Source: Acidimicrobiia bacterium (lineage in GTDB: Bacteria > Actinomycetota > Acidimicrobiia > Spongiisociales > ZC4RG35). Taken from it: DNA of 43,311 bases. Made by a program: the position numbers and the translations under genes. Location: the NCBI GenBank assembly GCA_046565785.1, contig JBKHXZ010000200.1:1-43311 (forward strand). Direction: 5' to 3'. Each line of letters starts with the position of its first letter. Positions within the stretch are counted from its first letter, which is position 1. Under the pieces are notes generated by a model that saw only the letters and a list, made by a program, of their open reading frames with translations, was not told the origin of the DNA and searched no databases. This document shows positions 9,377 to 17,702 of this stretch, in pieces.

Positions 9377-9480
9377 GGCGGGTTCCCGCCGTCGGTCTCA
9401 TCGATCAGGCATTGGCACCGTTGCACGGTTGCCGCGGCATCGTCGGGCCTGTCCCTCCGCCGCTCTGGATGAGCGCCCGG
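9377..9480 (-). promoter_or_regulatory. SAM riboswitch of the SAM-I clan (S-box-like core) in the metX leader
   Basis: Minus-strand RNA reads GCUCAUCCAGAGCGGCGGAGGGACAGGCCCGACGAUGCCGCGGCAACCGUGCAACGGUGCCAAUGCCUGAUCGAUGAGACC. This matches the S-box consensus blocks (P1 CUCAUC/GAUGAG, GGAGGGA...GGCCCGA, GCAACC, GGUGCCAAU). A GGCGGGAACCCGCC hairpin and the metX RBS follow. Confidence 0.8.
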
Positions 9481-9521
9481 CGAGTGTCGCATCCTGGGCG
9501 GAAACGGTCAATCGCAGCCGG

Positions 9522-10310
9522 TCATTCCGCCCCCAGCCAGTCGATCAGCGGGTCGATCACTTCCTGGGGATGGTCGTACAACGAGGCGTGGGAGCCGTTC
9601 TTCACTTCGACGAACCTCGCGCCGACCATCTCGGCCAACCTCCTCCCCGCCCGGGATGGTGTCATGCGGTCCCCGCTTCCGGCGATCACCAGCGTCGGCT
9701 TGCCGGCGGCAGCAAAAGCCGAAGCACCCTCCCACATCACGCACGCCGCCAGATCCGCACCGAGTGCCTCCGCGTTGCGTTCCAACAGTCGCCGGTTCAC
9801 TCCCGGCATCCACATCCCCGCCGAGTCGTGATGGCCGAACCGCGACCGGCCGCTGTGGGTCCAGCCGACGATCAGGTCCGCGGCCAGGGGGTCGACGCGG
9901 TCGGCCGCCGCTTGAAGGTCCGGATGGACGAACATCCGGTCGGCGGTAGCGATCAACGCCAGTCGACCGACCCTGCCGGGAGCCTGGGCAGCCATGTCCA
10001 TCGCGATCAACGACCCCATCGAATGCCCGATCGGAACCACAGCCCGATACCCGAGCGCATCGGCCAACGCCAGAGTCCACGATGCCATCTCTCTGATCGC
10101 TTCCAGCGGGACGCCGGCTGACTTCCCATGACCCGGCAGGTCGGGCGCGACGACGGCCAGACCCGCGCCCGCCATGCGGCGCGTGGCGAACCGCCACACG
10201 CTGTGGTCGTTCCCTGCCCCGTGGATGAGCAGAACGAGTTCGTTTCCGCCGCTGAGACCTCCCCCGCCGGTGTGGACGAAGGCGTCGACACCGCCCACCG
10301 CAACCCGCAT
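9522..10310 (-). CDS. Alpha/beta hydrolase
   Basis: Motifs HGAGNDHSVW and LPGHGKS, nucleophile elbow GHSMGS. The start shares 1 nt with the metY stop (TGATG). Confidence 0.8.
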   Translation of the reverse strand: MRVAVGGVDAFVHTGGGGLSGGNELVLLIHGAGNDHSVWRFATRRMAGAGLAVVAPDLPGHGKSAGVPLEAIREMASWTLALADALGYRAVVPIGHSMGSLIAMDMAAQAPGRVGRLALIATADRMFVHPDLQAAADRVDPLAADLIVGWTHSGRSRFGHHDSAGMWMPGVNRRLLERNAEALGADLAACVMWEGASAFAAAGKPTLVIAGSGDRMTPSRAGRRLAEMVGARFVEVKNGSHASLYDHPQEVIDPLIDWLGAE

Positions 10311-11605
10311 CAGACTGTCCCGGCAGCTTTCAGCGCGCGGGCCAGATCGGAGATCAGGTCGTCAGGGTCCTCGAGACCGACCGAGACTCGGATCAGGTCC
10401 TCTCCGACGCCGGCGGCATCCAGTTGTTCGGCGGTCATCTGCTGATGGGTGGTCGAGGCCGGGTGGATGACCAACGAGCGCAGGTCACCGACATTCGCCA
10501 GATGGCTGAACACCTCGACCGATTCGATGAACCGGGCACCGGCAGTCCGTCCACCTTCGATCCCGAAGGCAAGGATGGCACCGGCGCCCCTGGGTAGCAG
10601 CCGGGCGGCCAGCTCATGATCAGGATGGTCGACCAACCCCGGATAGGCCACCCATCGCACCATGTCGTGCTGGGCGAGGTATTCGGCGACCCGTTGGGCG
10701 TTGGCGACGTGACGTTCCATCCGCACCGGTAACGTCTCGCAGCCCTGGATGAGATGGAATGCGGTGTCGGGGCTCATGGCCGCCCCGAAGTCGCGCAGCC
10801 CTTCGGCTCGTGCCCTGGCGATGAACGCGGCTGGTCCGAACTCGTCGGCGAAGTCGATCCCGTGGTAACCGGCATACGGTTCGGTGAGCGTGGGATAGCG
10901 GCCCGACGTCTCCCAGTCGAACGTTCCGCCGTCGACCAGCACACCACCGATCACGATCCCATGGCCACCGATGAACTTGGTGGCCGAGTGGTAGACGAGA
11001 TCCGCCCCCCATTCGAAAGGGCGGCACAGGTATGGGGTGGCAAACGTGTTGTCGATCAGCAACGGAACACCTGCCCCGTGGGCGATCTCGGCCACGGCCG
11101 GAAGGTCGAGCACCGTCATCACCGGGTTCCCGATCGTCTCGGCGATCACCAGCCGCGTGTCGTCGGTGATTGCCGAACGGAGAGCGGCGTGGTCCCGTGG
11201 ATCGACGAAGGTGGTCGTGATCCCAAACCGGGGCAGGGTGTTGTCCAACAGATTGACGGTCCCCCCGTACACCTGGGAGGAACACACGATGTGTCCCCCC
11301 TGTCCCATCAGGGTGGTGACGGCGATGTGCAGCGCCGCCTGACCGGACGCGGTCGCCACCGCCCCGACTCCGCCTTCCAGCGCGGCGATCCGCTGTTCGA
11401 ACACCGACACCGTCGGGTTGGAGATGCGGGAGTAGATGTGACCCGGCACTTCCAGGTTGAAGAGCGACGCCGCATGGGCGGTGTCTTCGAACACGAACGA
11501 GGTCGAGTGGTAGATGGGTGTGGTACGGGCTCCCGTCACCGGATCGGGTCTGGCTCCCGCGTGTATCGAGAGAGTGTCGAATCCGGTGCTGTCGGGCGTG
11601 ACCAT
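10310..11605 (-). CDS. metY: O-acetylhomoserine sulfhydrylase (aminocarboxypropyltransferase)
   Basis: Motifs DTLSIHAG, SRISNPTV and PLP-lysine block HSATKFIGGHG. Full-length Cys/Met-metabolism PLP enzyme adjacent to metX. Confidence 0.9.
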   Translation of the reverse strand: MVTPDSTGFDTLSIHAGARPDPVTGARTTPIYHSTSFVFEDTAHAASLFNLEVPGHIYSRISNPTVSVFEQRIAALEGGVGAVATASGQAALHIAVTTLMGQGGHIVCSSQVYGGTVNLLDNTLPRFGITTTFVDPRDHAALRSAITDDTRLVIAETIGNPVMTVLDLPAVAEIAHGAGVPLLIDNTFATPYLCRPFEWGADLVYHSATKFIGGHGIVIGGVLVDGGTFDWETSGRYPTLTEPYAGYHGIDFADEFGPAAFIARARAEGLRDFGAAMSPDTAFHLIQGCETLPVRMERHVANAQRVAEYLAQHDMVRWVAYPGLVDHPDHELAARLLPRGAGAILAFGIEGGRTAGARFIESVEVFSHLANVGDLRSLVIHPASTTHQQMTAEQLDAAGVGEDLIRVSVGLEDPDDLISDLARALKAAGTV

Positions 11606-11629
11606 GTGGCCACGATATCCGGCGACCGT

Positions 11630-13837
11630 TCAGCCGGCCGAAACTTCCACGGGGATGCCGTTCAACACGGCGTTGCCGGAGACGGGGTCGAAGAGCGCCG
11701 GGTCGGTGAGCAGGTTGGCGTTCACCCCGGGATGTTTCGTCGCGGTGTCCAGTTGAACGCCCTCGACGTCGTGACCCCAGCCGTACGGCAGGCTGACCAC
11801 GCCCTGCCGAACCGAGGTGGTGACTTCTGCGGGAGCGGTCAGCGTGCCTACTCGGGAACGGACCACGACCGCATCGCCGTCGTCGACCCCGATCGCCCGG
11901 GCGTCGGCCGGATGGATGTGCAGCGTGCAGCGCTCCTTGCCACGAACCAGCACCTCCACGTTGTGCAGCCATGAGTTGTTCGAACGCAGATCGCGTCTGC
12001 CGACCAGCACCATGCCCTCCTCGTACGAGGCCACCGCATCGGAGAGCCGAGCAAGGTCAGCCAACACCGGCTCGACGGCCAACTCGACCGCTCCAGATGG
12101 AGTAGTGACAGCATCGGCGAAACGAGGCTGCAGGGGGCCGAAGTCCACCCCATGGGGGGCGGCGGCCAGCCGTTCCAACGTCCAGCCGTCGGGGTCGACG
12201 CCGAAACCGTCCCCCCGGTGCCCGGTGCGGATCAGCAGGTCGAGGAAGCGTTCGGCCAGCGGCCACGCCGCCAGCTCCTTGATGATCTCGTCTGGATCCC
12301 GGCCGTGGATCGGTGATTCCGGGTTCGCTACCGCTTCGGCGACCTGGGATGCCAATGCCGCTTCTGTCAGCCCCGCGGCGTCGATGTCGGAGCCGAGTCC
12401 TGCGGCGATACCGGTCAGCGCCGCGAAGACTTCGAGATCGTCGGGGCCGTCGTGTTCGAAGACCGCCGGTGAATACATGGCGTACTCACGGAGGGAGAAC
12501 GCAGTAAACGCCAGGTCGTAGTGGGACTTTTCGAGTGCGGAACGCGCCGGAAGGATCACATCCGCCCGGCTGGTGGTTTCGTTGACGTAGACGTCGATCG
12601 AGACCATGAAGTCGAGCTGGTCGAGTGCCGTGGCGAGGCGTCCCGCGTCCGGAGTGGTGAGGGCAGGGTTCCCGGCCACGGTGAACAGCGCCCGTACCTG
12701 TCCCTCGCCCGGAGTGAGGATCTCGTCGGCGAGAGTGACTACCGGAAGCTCACCCATCGTCTCGGGAAGGTGACGGACCCGACTGTGGAAGCGTCCCTGC
12801 CGGAACGGTCTCGTGGCGCGACGGGCAGGCTGATGCAATCCGATGGGGAACATCGCCCCTCCCGGTTGATCCAGGTGCCCGGTCACGGTGTTCAGCGCAT
12901 CGACCGCCCAGGCGGCCACCGTGCCGAACGCCACGGTGTGAGTGCCAAGCCGGCCATACACCACGGCTTTCGGTGTGGTGGCCAGTTCACGGGCGATACG
13001 GCGCGTGGTGTCCGGGTCGATGCCCGTGTAGGACGCGATCGATTCAGGAGTGAAAGACGCCACGGCTCGACGCACTTCGTCCAGGCCCTCGGCCGGAACC
13101 ATGTCGTCGGCCTCGAGCCCTTCTTCGAAGACGACCTGCAGCAGCGACACCAGCCAGGCGGCGTCAGCCCCCGGTCTGATCGCCAGATGCTCGTCCGCCA
13201 GTTCGGCGGTCTTGGTGCGCCGTGGGTCGACGACGACGAACCGGCCTCCCCGATCCTGCAGCGACTTCAGACGGCCGGGCCAGTCGGGAGCGGTGGCCAG
13301 GCTCCCATTGGACTCCAGCGGGTTCGCACCCAGCATCAGCAGAAAGTCGGTGCGATCGACATCCGGCACCGGAATGGCGCCCGGATGTCCGAACAGGTAG
13401 CCGCAGGCCACGTGTTTCGGCATCTGGTCGACCGTCGCCGCCGTGTAGACGTTGCGAGTTCGGAGGGCACGCACGAAGGGGCGCAGCGCCAGGAGGTCGC
13501 GAAGCCCGTGCACACTGGGGTTGCCGATGTAGATGGCGACCGAGTCGTTGCCGTATGTGTTTCGGACCTCTGCCAGTCGGCGGTCGATCTCGGCAAAGGC
13601 CTCCTCCCACGATGCCTCGACGAAGCGACCGTCTCGTTTGATCAGCGGAGTCCGCACCCGATCGGGATCCTCGTGCAGTCTCCCGAGCGTTGTCCCCTTC
13701 GGGCAGATGAAGCCTTTCGAGAAGGGATTGTCCCGATCGCCGCGGATCACCTTGACGGTGTCGTCTTCCAAGGTGATCTCGAGGCCACACGTCGCTTCGC
13801 AGAGGGGGCAGGTCCGGAAGACGGTGCGGGAACTCAT
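11630..13837 (-). CDS. Molybdopterin (bis-MGD) oxidoreductase family protein, cytoplasmic, substrate unknown
   Basis: N-terminal 4Fe-4S motif CPLCEATCG...CPKG. A 735-aa protein with FdhF/BisC-like architecture. No twin-arginine signal. Confidence 0.85.
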   Translation of the reverse strand: MSSRTVFRTCPLCEATCGLEITLEDDTVKVIRGDRDNPFSKGFICPKGTTLGRLHEDPDRVRTPLIKRDGRFVEASWEEAFAEIDRRLAEVRNTYGNDSVAIYIGNPSVHGLRDLLALRPFVRALRTRNVYTAATVDQMPKHVACGYLFGHPGAIPVPDVDRTDFLLMLGANPLESNGSLATAPDWPGRLKSLQDRGGRFVVVDPRRTKTAELADEHLAIRPGADAAWLVSLLQVVFEEGLEADDMVPAEGLDEVRRAVASFTPESIASYTGIDPDTTRRIARELATTPKAVVYGRLGTHTVAFGTVAAWAVDALNTVTGHLDQPGGAMFPIGLHQPARRATRPFRQGRFHSRVRHLPETMGELPVVTLADEILTPGEGQVRALFTVAGNPALTTPDAGRLATALDQLDFMVSIDVYVNETTSRADVILPARSALEKSHYDLAFTAFSLREYAMYSPAVFEHDGPDDLEVFAALTGIAAGLGSDIDAAGLTEAALASQVAEAVANPESPIHGRDPDEIIKELAAWPLAERFLDLLIRTGHRGDGFGVDPDGWTLERLAAAPHGVDFGPLQPRFADAVTTPSGAVELAVEPVLADLARLSDAVASYEEGMVLVGRRDLRSNNSWLHNVEVLVRGKERCTLHIHPADARAIGVDDGDAVVVRSRVGTLTAPAEVTTSVRQGVVSLPYGWGHDVEGVQLDTATKHPGVNANLLTDPALFDPVSGNAVLNGIPVEVSAG

Positions 13838-13893
13838 CGGACTCTCCTGCTGAAGGAAGCGGTGCGCCGGAATCTACCGGTACATTCGCTCGG

Positions 13894-14649
13894 ATGGAGA
13901 TACTCGTAACCGGGGCATCAGGGGTGCTCGGGACGGGGGTGACGCGTATCGCCTCCGAGCGTGGGCACACCGTTCGCAGACTGACGCGCCGGCAACGGGG
14001 TGACGGATGGCTGGTGGGTGACGTCGTCAGCGGTGACGGTCTGGAAGAAGCGGCGACCGGCGTCGACGTGATCGTGCACTGTGCGTCCGACCCGCGTCGG
14101 CACAAGCAGACCGACGTGACCGGCACTCGGCGACTGGTAGCGGCGGCCCGCAACGCCGGTGGCGTCCATGTCGTCTTCCCCGGCATCGTCGGTTCCGACG
14201 TCATCCCGCTCGGCTATTACCGCTCGAAGACCGCCGCCGAAGAGATCCTGACCGAATCCCGTCTGCCGGTTTCCATCCAGCGCTACACCCAGTTCCACGA
14301 ACTGCTGTGGATGGCGCTGTCGATGCTGACCAAGTTCCCACTCACCGTCGTCCCCAACGACACCCGATTCCAGGTTCTCGACTCCCGGACCGCCGCCCGA
14401 CATCTGGTCGAGGCAGCCGAACGTGGTCCTGAGGGTCGGCTCCCCGACCTGGGCGGTCCGACCGCCTACGACGCCAAAGACCTCGCCCGGTCGGTCGCCA
14501 CCGCGCTCGGGCGAAAGCGAAAGGTGGTCGGCTTGAACCTGCCGGGTCTCGTCGGTGCCGCCCTACGGGCCGGTGGGAACCTGACCCCGAACCGCGACGA
14601 CACCGGTGCCACCTGGAACGACTTCGTCGCCCACAAGATCGGAACCTGA
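13894..14649 (+). CDS. NAD(P)H-binding atypical SDR / NmrA-like protein
   Basis: N-terminal ILVTGASGVLG Rossmann motif; about 250 aa. Confidence 0.75.
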   Translation: MEILVTGASGVLGTGVTRIASERGHTVRRLTRRQRGDGWLVGDVVSGDGLEEAATGVDVIVHCASDPRRHKQTDVTGTRRLVAAARNAGGVHVVFPGIVGSDVIPLGYYRSKTAAEEILTESRLPVSIQRYTQFHELLWMALSMLTKFPLTVVPNDTRFQVLDSRTAARHLVEAAERGPEGRLPDLGGPTAYDAKDLARSVATALGRKRKVVGLNLPGLVGAALRAGGNLTPNRDDTGATWNDFVAHKIGT

Positions 14650-14651
14650 TC

Positions 14652-14704
14652 CCGGAGGCCGCCGATGGTTCGAACGCCGGCGGCCGTCACTCCGGAGGTT
14701 TTGT
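14652..14704. terminator. GC-rich hairpin followed by GGTTTTG between convergent genes
   Basis: CCGGAGGCCGCCG ... CGGCGGCC GTCA CTCCGG, then AGGTTTTG. It lies between the stop of the SDR gene and the stop of the HisA-like gene. Confidence 0.4.
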
Positions 14705-15708
14705 CAGGCCTGTGCCCGGTCGGCGTGTTCTGCGGCGATCTCGTCGAGGATCTCCTGGGCACGGACCAGATGGCCTCGCACTGCGAATCCGTGCGCAGCG
14801 TCCCGAGGCTGGTTCCCTTCCTTGATTCGCTTCGCCGCCGTCCGGGCGTGCGAGGCGCCCTTCTCCAGTTCGGCGGCCAGCAGCCGGTAGCGCTCGATCT
14901 GGCTCGCCTCCGCCGGGGACGGCTCGGGTTCGACCACCGGTTTGGTAGCGGGTTCGGTCGGCTTGGGAATCGGACCCGCCTCCAGCACTTCCTTCGCCTC
15001 GGCCAGGGTGAATCGGCCGTGGGTCACCTCCCGCCCCACGACGACGCCGCTCAGTCGTCGTCCGTTCTCCTCGATCGAGATGATCTCTCGGAGGTCTTCG
15101 AGATGGCGGACCCCACCAGAAGCGATCACCTGTTCGTCGACGGTACGCAGCGCCGTCGCCAGGATCTTCTTGTCCGGCGGTTCGATCAGCGCGTCCCGCC
15201 CGGCCTCGGCGATCAGGAAGGACACCGCGCCCGCCGAACTCATCTCCAAGAGGACTTCCTCCAGGAACCGGCCCGAGTTCTTCGTCCATCCGCGGGTGGC
15301 GATCTCCTCGTTGGGACGCACGTCCAACGACACGACGATCTTCTCGGGATGGTCCCTGCAGAGATCCCACACCATGTTCTGGTCTTCGATGGCGGCAGTC
15401 CCCATCACGACCCGCCACGCACCGGACTCGATGAGCCGACCCGCCTCGATGTGTGATCGGATACCACCCGCCACCTGCACCGGGCCGTCCACCGCCGCGA
15501 TCAAGCGGTCGATCAGCGGGCGGTTGCGATAGTCCCGGTTGGCGGCGGCATCGAGGTCCACGACATGGATGGCGTCAGCACCCTGCTCACGCCAGTTCCT
15601 CGCCCGTGAGATCGGGTCGTTGTCGAGGGTGATCGCATTGTCCAGATTGCCTCGCGGTAATCGGACAGACCGGCCGTCGAGGATGTTGACCCGGGCGTAG
15701 AGATCCAC
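14704..15708 (-). CDS. HisA/PriA-fold (beta/alpha)8 protein with Pro-rich linker and C-terminal helical domain; atypical paralogue
   Basis: GTG at 15708 is preceded by GGAAAGGA (an alternative GTG lies at 15732). HisA blocks are present: HVVDLDAA, QVAGGIRS, VVSLDV...TRGW, ASGGVRHLEDL. A linker PIPKPTEPATKPVVEPEPSP is followed by about 70 aa of helical sequence. Confidence 0.75.
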   Translation of the reverse strand: MDLYARVNILDGRSVRLPRGNLDNAITLDNDPISRARNWREQGADAIHVVDLDAAANRDYRNRPLIDRLIAAVDGPVQVAGGIRSHIEAGRLIESGAWRVVMGTAAIEDQNMVWDLCRDHPEKIVVSLDVRPNEEIATRGWTKNSGRFLEEVLLEMSSAGAVSFLIAEAGRDALIEPPDKKILATALRTVDEQVIASGGVRHLEDLREIISIEENGRRLSGVVVGREVTHGRFTLAEAKEVLEAGPIPKPTEPATKPVVEPEPSPAEASQIERYRLLAAELEKGASHARTAAKRIKEGNQPRDAAHGFAVRGHLVRAQEILDEIAAEHADRAQA

Positions 15709-15768
15709 TGTGTCCTTTCCGCTGACAGGCACCCGAGCCTACGCGCCAGGCCTCGTTCGCGTCGGACG

Positions 15769-17652
15769 TCACTCGATTCCGAGGAGTTCCTCGGCGGCAT
15801 CGAGGGTCTGTGGATTCTCCAGTACCGCGGCGAAGAGGTCGCCGGATGTCCGCAAACGATCCCACACGTTGTCGATCGTGAAGTCCCCGTTGCGAATCTT
15901 TCCGACCTCTTCCCATCGCAAGGGGAGCGAAATCGGGGCACGGGGGCGCGGACGCACCGAATACACAGAGGCGATGGTCTGACCGAAGGCGTTCCGGTTG
16001 TGATCGACGAAAACCTTGCCGCGTCGTTTCGGAATGTCCCACGCCATCGTCACGTCGTCGGGGTTGGCGGCAGCCAGCAACTCGCCGACCGCCCCCACGA
16101 ACCTGCGCACCCGTTCGTGGGTGTGGACGGGAGCGAGCGGAACGTAGACGTGCATGCCCTTCGATCCCGAGAGCTTGGGCACACCGATCAGCCCGAGCTG
16201 CCCGAGGACCGTGCGGATCATCCCGGCCGTTGTCACCACCTGGTCCCAGCTCGCCCCTTCGGCGGGGTCGAGGTCGAAGATCGCCAGATCGGGATATTCC
16301 AGGGTCCCCACCCGAGAGTGGAACGGGTGGATCTCGATACAGCCCATGTTGGCGAACCACATGAGGGATTGGCGAGAGTCGGCGAGGAGGAACTCGATGT
16401 CCCCGCCCATCGAATCCGAATGCACCGTCCCAGTCGCCATCCACTCCGGTTGGTGCCCAGGGGCCCGCTTTTCGTAGAACGACTGGCCCTCGATGCCGTC
16501 GGGGTATCGAGACATCGACAGAGGCCGACCGTCGAGATGGGGCAGGATCAGGTCGGCCACCGACGCGTAGTACTGGATGAGATCGCCCTTGGTGATTCCG
16601 TCGGGAAAGAGCGGCTTGTCGATGTTGGAAAAAGTGAGAGGGCGGGAGGTTCCCAGCAGCTTCCAACGCTGGCCCAGTTTCTCGACCCGCACCAGGTTGG
16701 GAGCGTTCACCAACCGGGACGAGATCGGCGTGCCCGACGCCGGCGCTCCCGACGCCAGCGCCTGACGCAACTCGTCCCAGATCGCCTGGTGGCTTGCTTC
16801 GTCGCGTGACTCGGAAATCACCACGAGCGACACGTCGGCTTCGAGCGCCGCCTGGATCAGCGGTGTGATCCGCAGCGTTCCTTCCCCGTAGGTGGTGTGC
16901 CGGATCTCGCCGTGTGGGCCGAACAGATTGTCGCTGAACTGGCATTGGAGCGGGGTGACCTTCACCGCCTCGAACGATTCCTGCACGAAGCCGAGCACGG
17001 CGGCGAAAGCCTCAGTGGTGGTGAGCCCACCACCGGTCATGGCGTGGAGATGGGCCCAGTCGACGATCGGCCGCACGAACGGGTATTCGGCGGCGAGAAC
17101 AGCGATGTCTCCCAGCGTCCCGAACCCACGATCGTTGCCTGCGGTCTCCAGACCCAACGACACCCCGAGCCCTGCCACCTTCGAACCGATCCAGTCCAGC
17201 CGTGACCTGATCGAGGCGAACAGCTCCTCGGATGTGAATTCCCCTTTCGCGCCAGGGTGGGCACAGATGATGTCGGCGCCGAGAGCCGCCCCCAGTTTCA
17301 TTGTGTGTTCGATCGCGGCAACGGTCTGCTTCGATCGGTCCTCGTCGGCGACGGTCAGCGACCCGAAGTAGGGGGCGTGTGCCGACAGACGGATTCCCCG
17401 GTCGCGTGCAAGCTCCCCGAACCGGGCACAGTCTTTCTCTTTCCAGTGAAATCCGCCTGTGAAACCGAGCTCGAAGGCACCATGCCCCTGTTCGACCAGC
17501 GAGTCGAGAAACGCCTCGTGGCTCATCCCCTCCGGTGGCATTCCGGAGATCCCGTAGGTGATCACACCTGCGATTGTGCCCGGTGAGCGCCCGACCGATG
17601 CAGAAAGATGCAGAAATCCGCCGTAAACGACGGATCTCATTCTGAGTTCCAT
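15769..17652 (-). CDS. Fusion protein: endonuclease IV-like AP_endonuc_2 TIM barrel (N-terminal) + LigD-type primase-polymerase domain (C-terminal)
   Basis: N-terminal half: SAHAPYF, ICAHPGAK, LGLETAGN, IVDWAHLHA, IRHTTYGEG, VVISES. C-terminal half: FSNIDKPLFP, KGDLIQYY, SMSRYPDG, FYEKRAP, IFDLDP, SGSKGMHVYVPL, VFVDHNRN. The start codon choice (17652 vs 17640) is uncertain. Confidence 0.85.
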   Translation of the reverse strand: MELRMRSVVYGGFLHLSASVGRSPGTIAGVITYGISGMPPEGMSHEAFLDSLVEQGHGAFELGFTGGFHWKEKDCARFGELARDRGIRLSAHAPYFGSLTVADEDRSKQTVAAIEHTMKLGAALGADIICAHPGAKGEFTSEELFASIRSRLDWIGSKVAGLGVSLGLETAGNDRGFGTLGDIAVLAAEYPFVRPIVDWAHLHAMTGGGLTTTEAFAAVLGFVQESFEAVKVTPLQCQFSDNLFGPHGEIRHTTYGEGTLRITPLIQAALEADVSLVVISESRDEASHQAIWDELRQALASGAPASGTPISSRLVNAPNLVRVEKLGQRWKLLGTSRPLTFSNIDKPLFPDGITKGDLIQYYASVADLILPHLDGRPLSMSRYPDGIEGQSFYEKRAPGHQPEWMATGTVHSDSMGGDIEFLLADSRQSLMWFANMGCIEIHPFHSRVGTLEYPDLAIFDLDPAEGASWDQVVTTAGMIRTVLGQLGLIGVPKLSGSKGMHVYVPLAPVHTHERVRRFVGAVGELLAAANPDDVTMAWDIPKRRGKVFVDHNRNAFGQTIASVYSVRPRPRAPISLPLRWEEVGKIRNGDFTIDNVWDRLRTSGDLFAAVLENPQTLDAAEELLGIE

Positions 17653-17702
17653 CCGCCGTCCCGACTACGGGTCGGGTCGGGAGCGGGGTACGTTCCTCGG
17701 CC

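Noticed and set aside
17653-17702. Short inverted repeat CCCGAC-N5-GTCGGG in the divergent region between the PrimPol fusion gene and hemH
   Set aside because: It is only 6 bp, GC-rich and expected by chance in this composition. There is no recognisable operator consensus.
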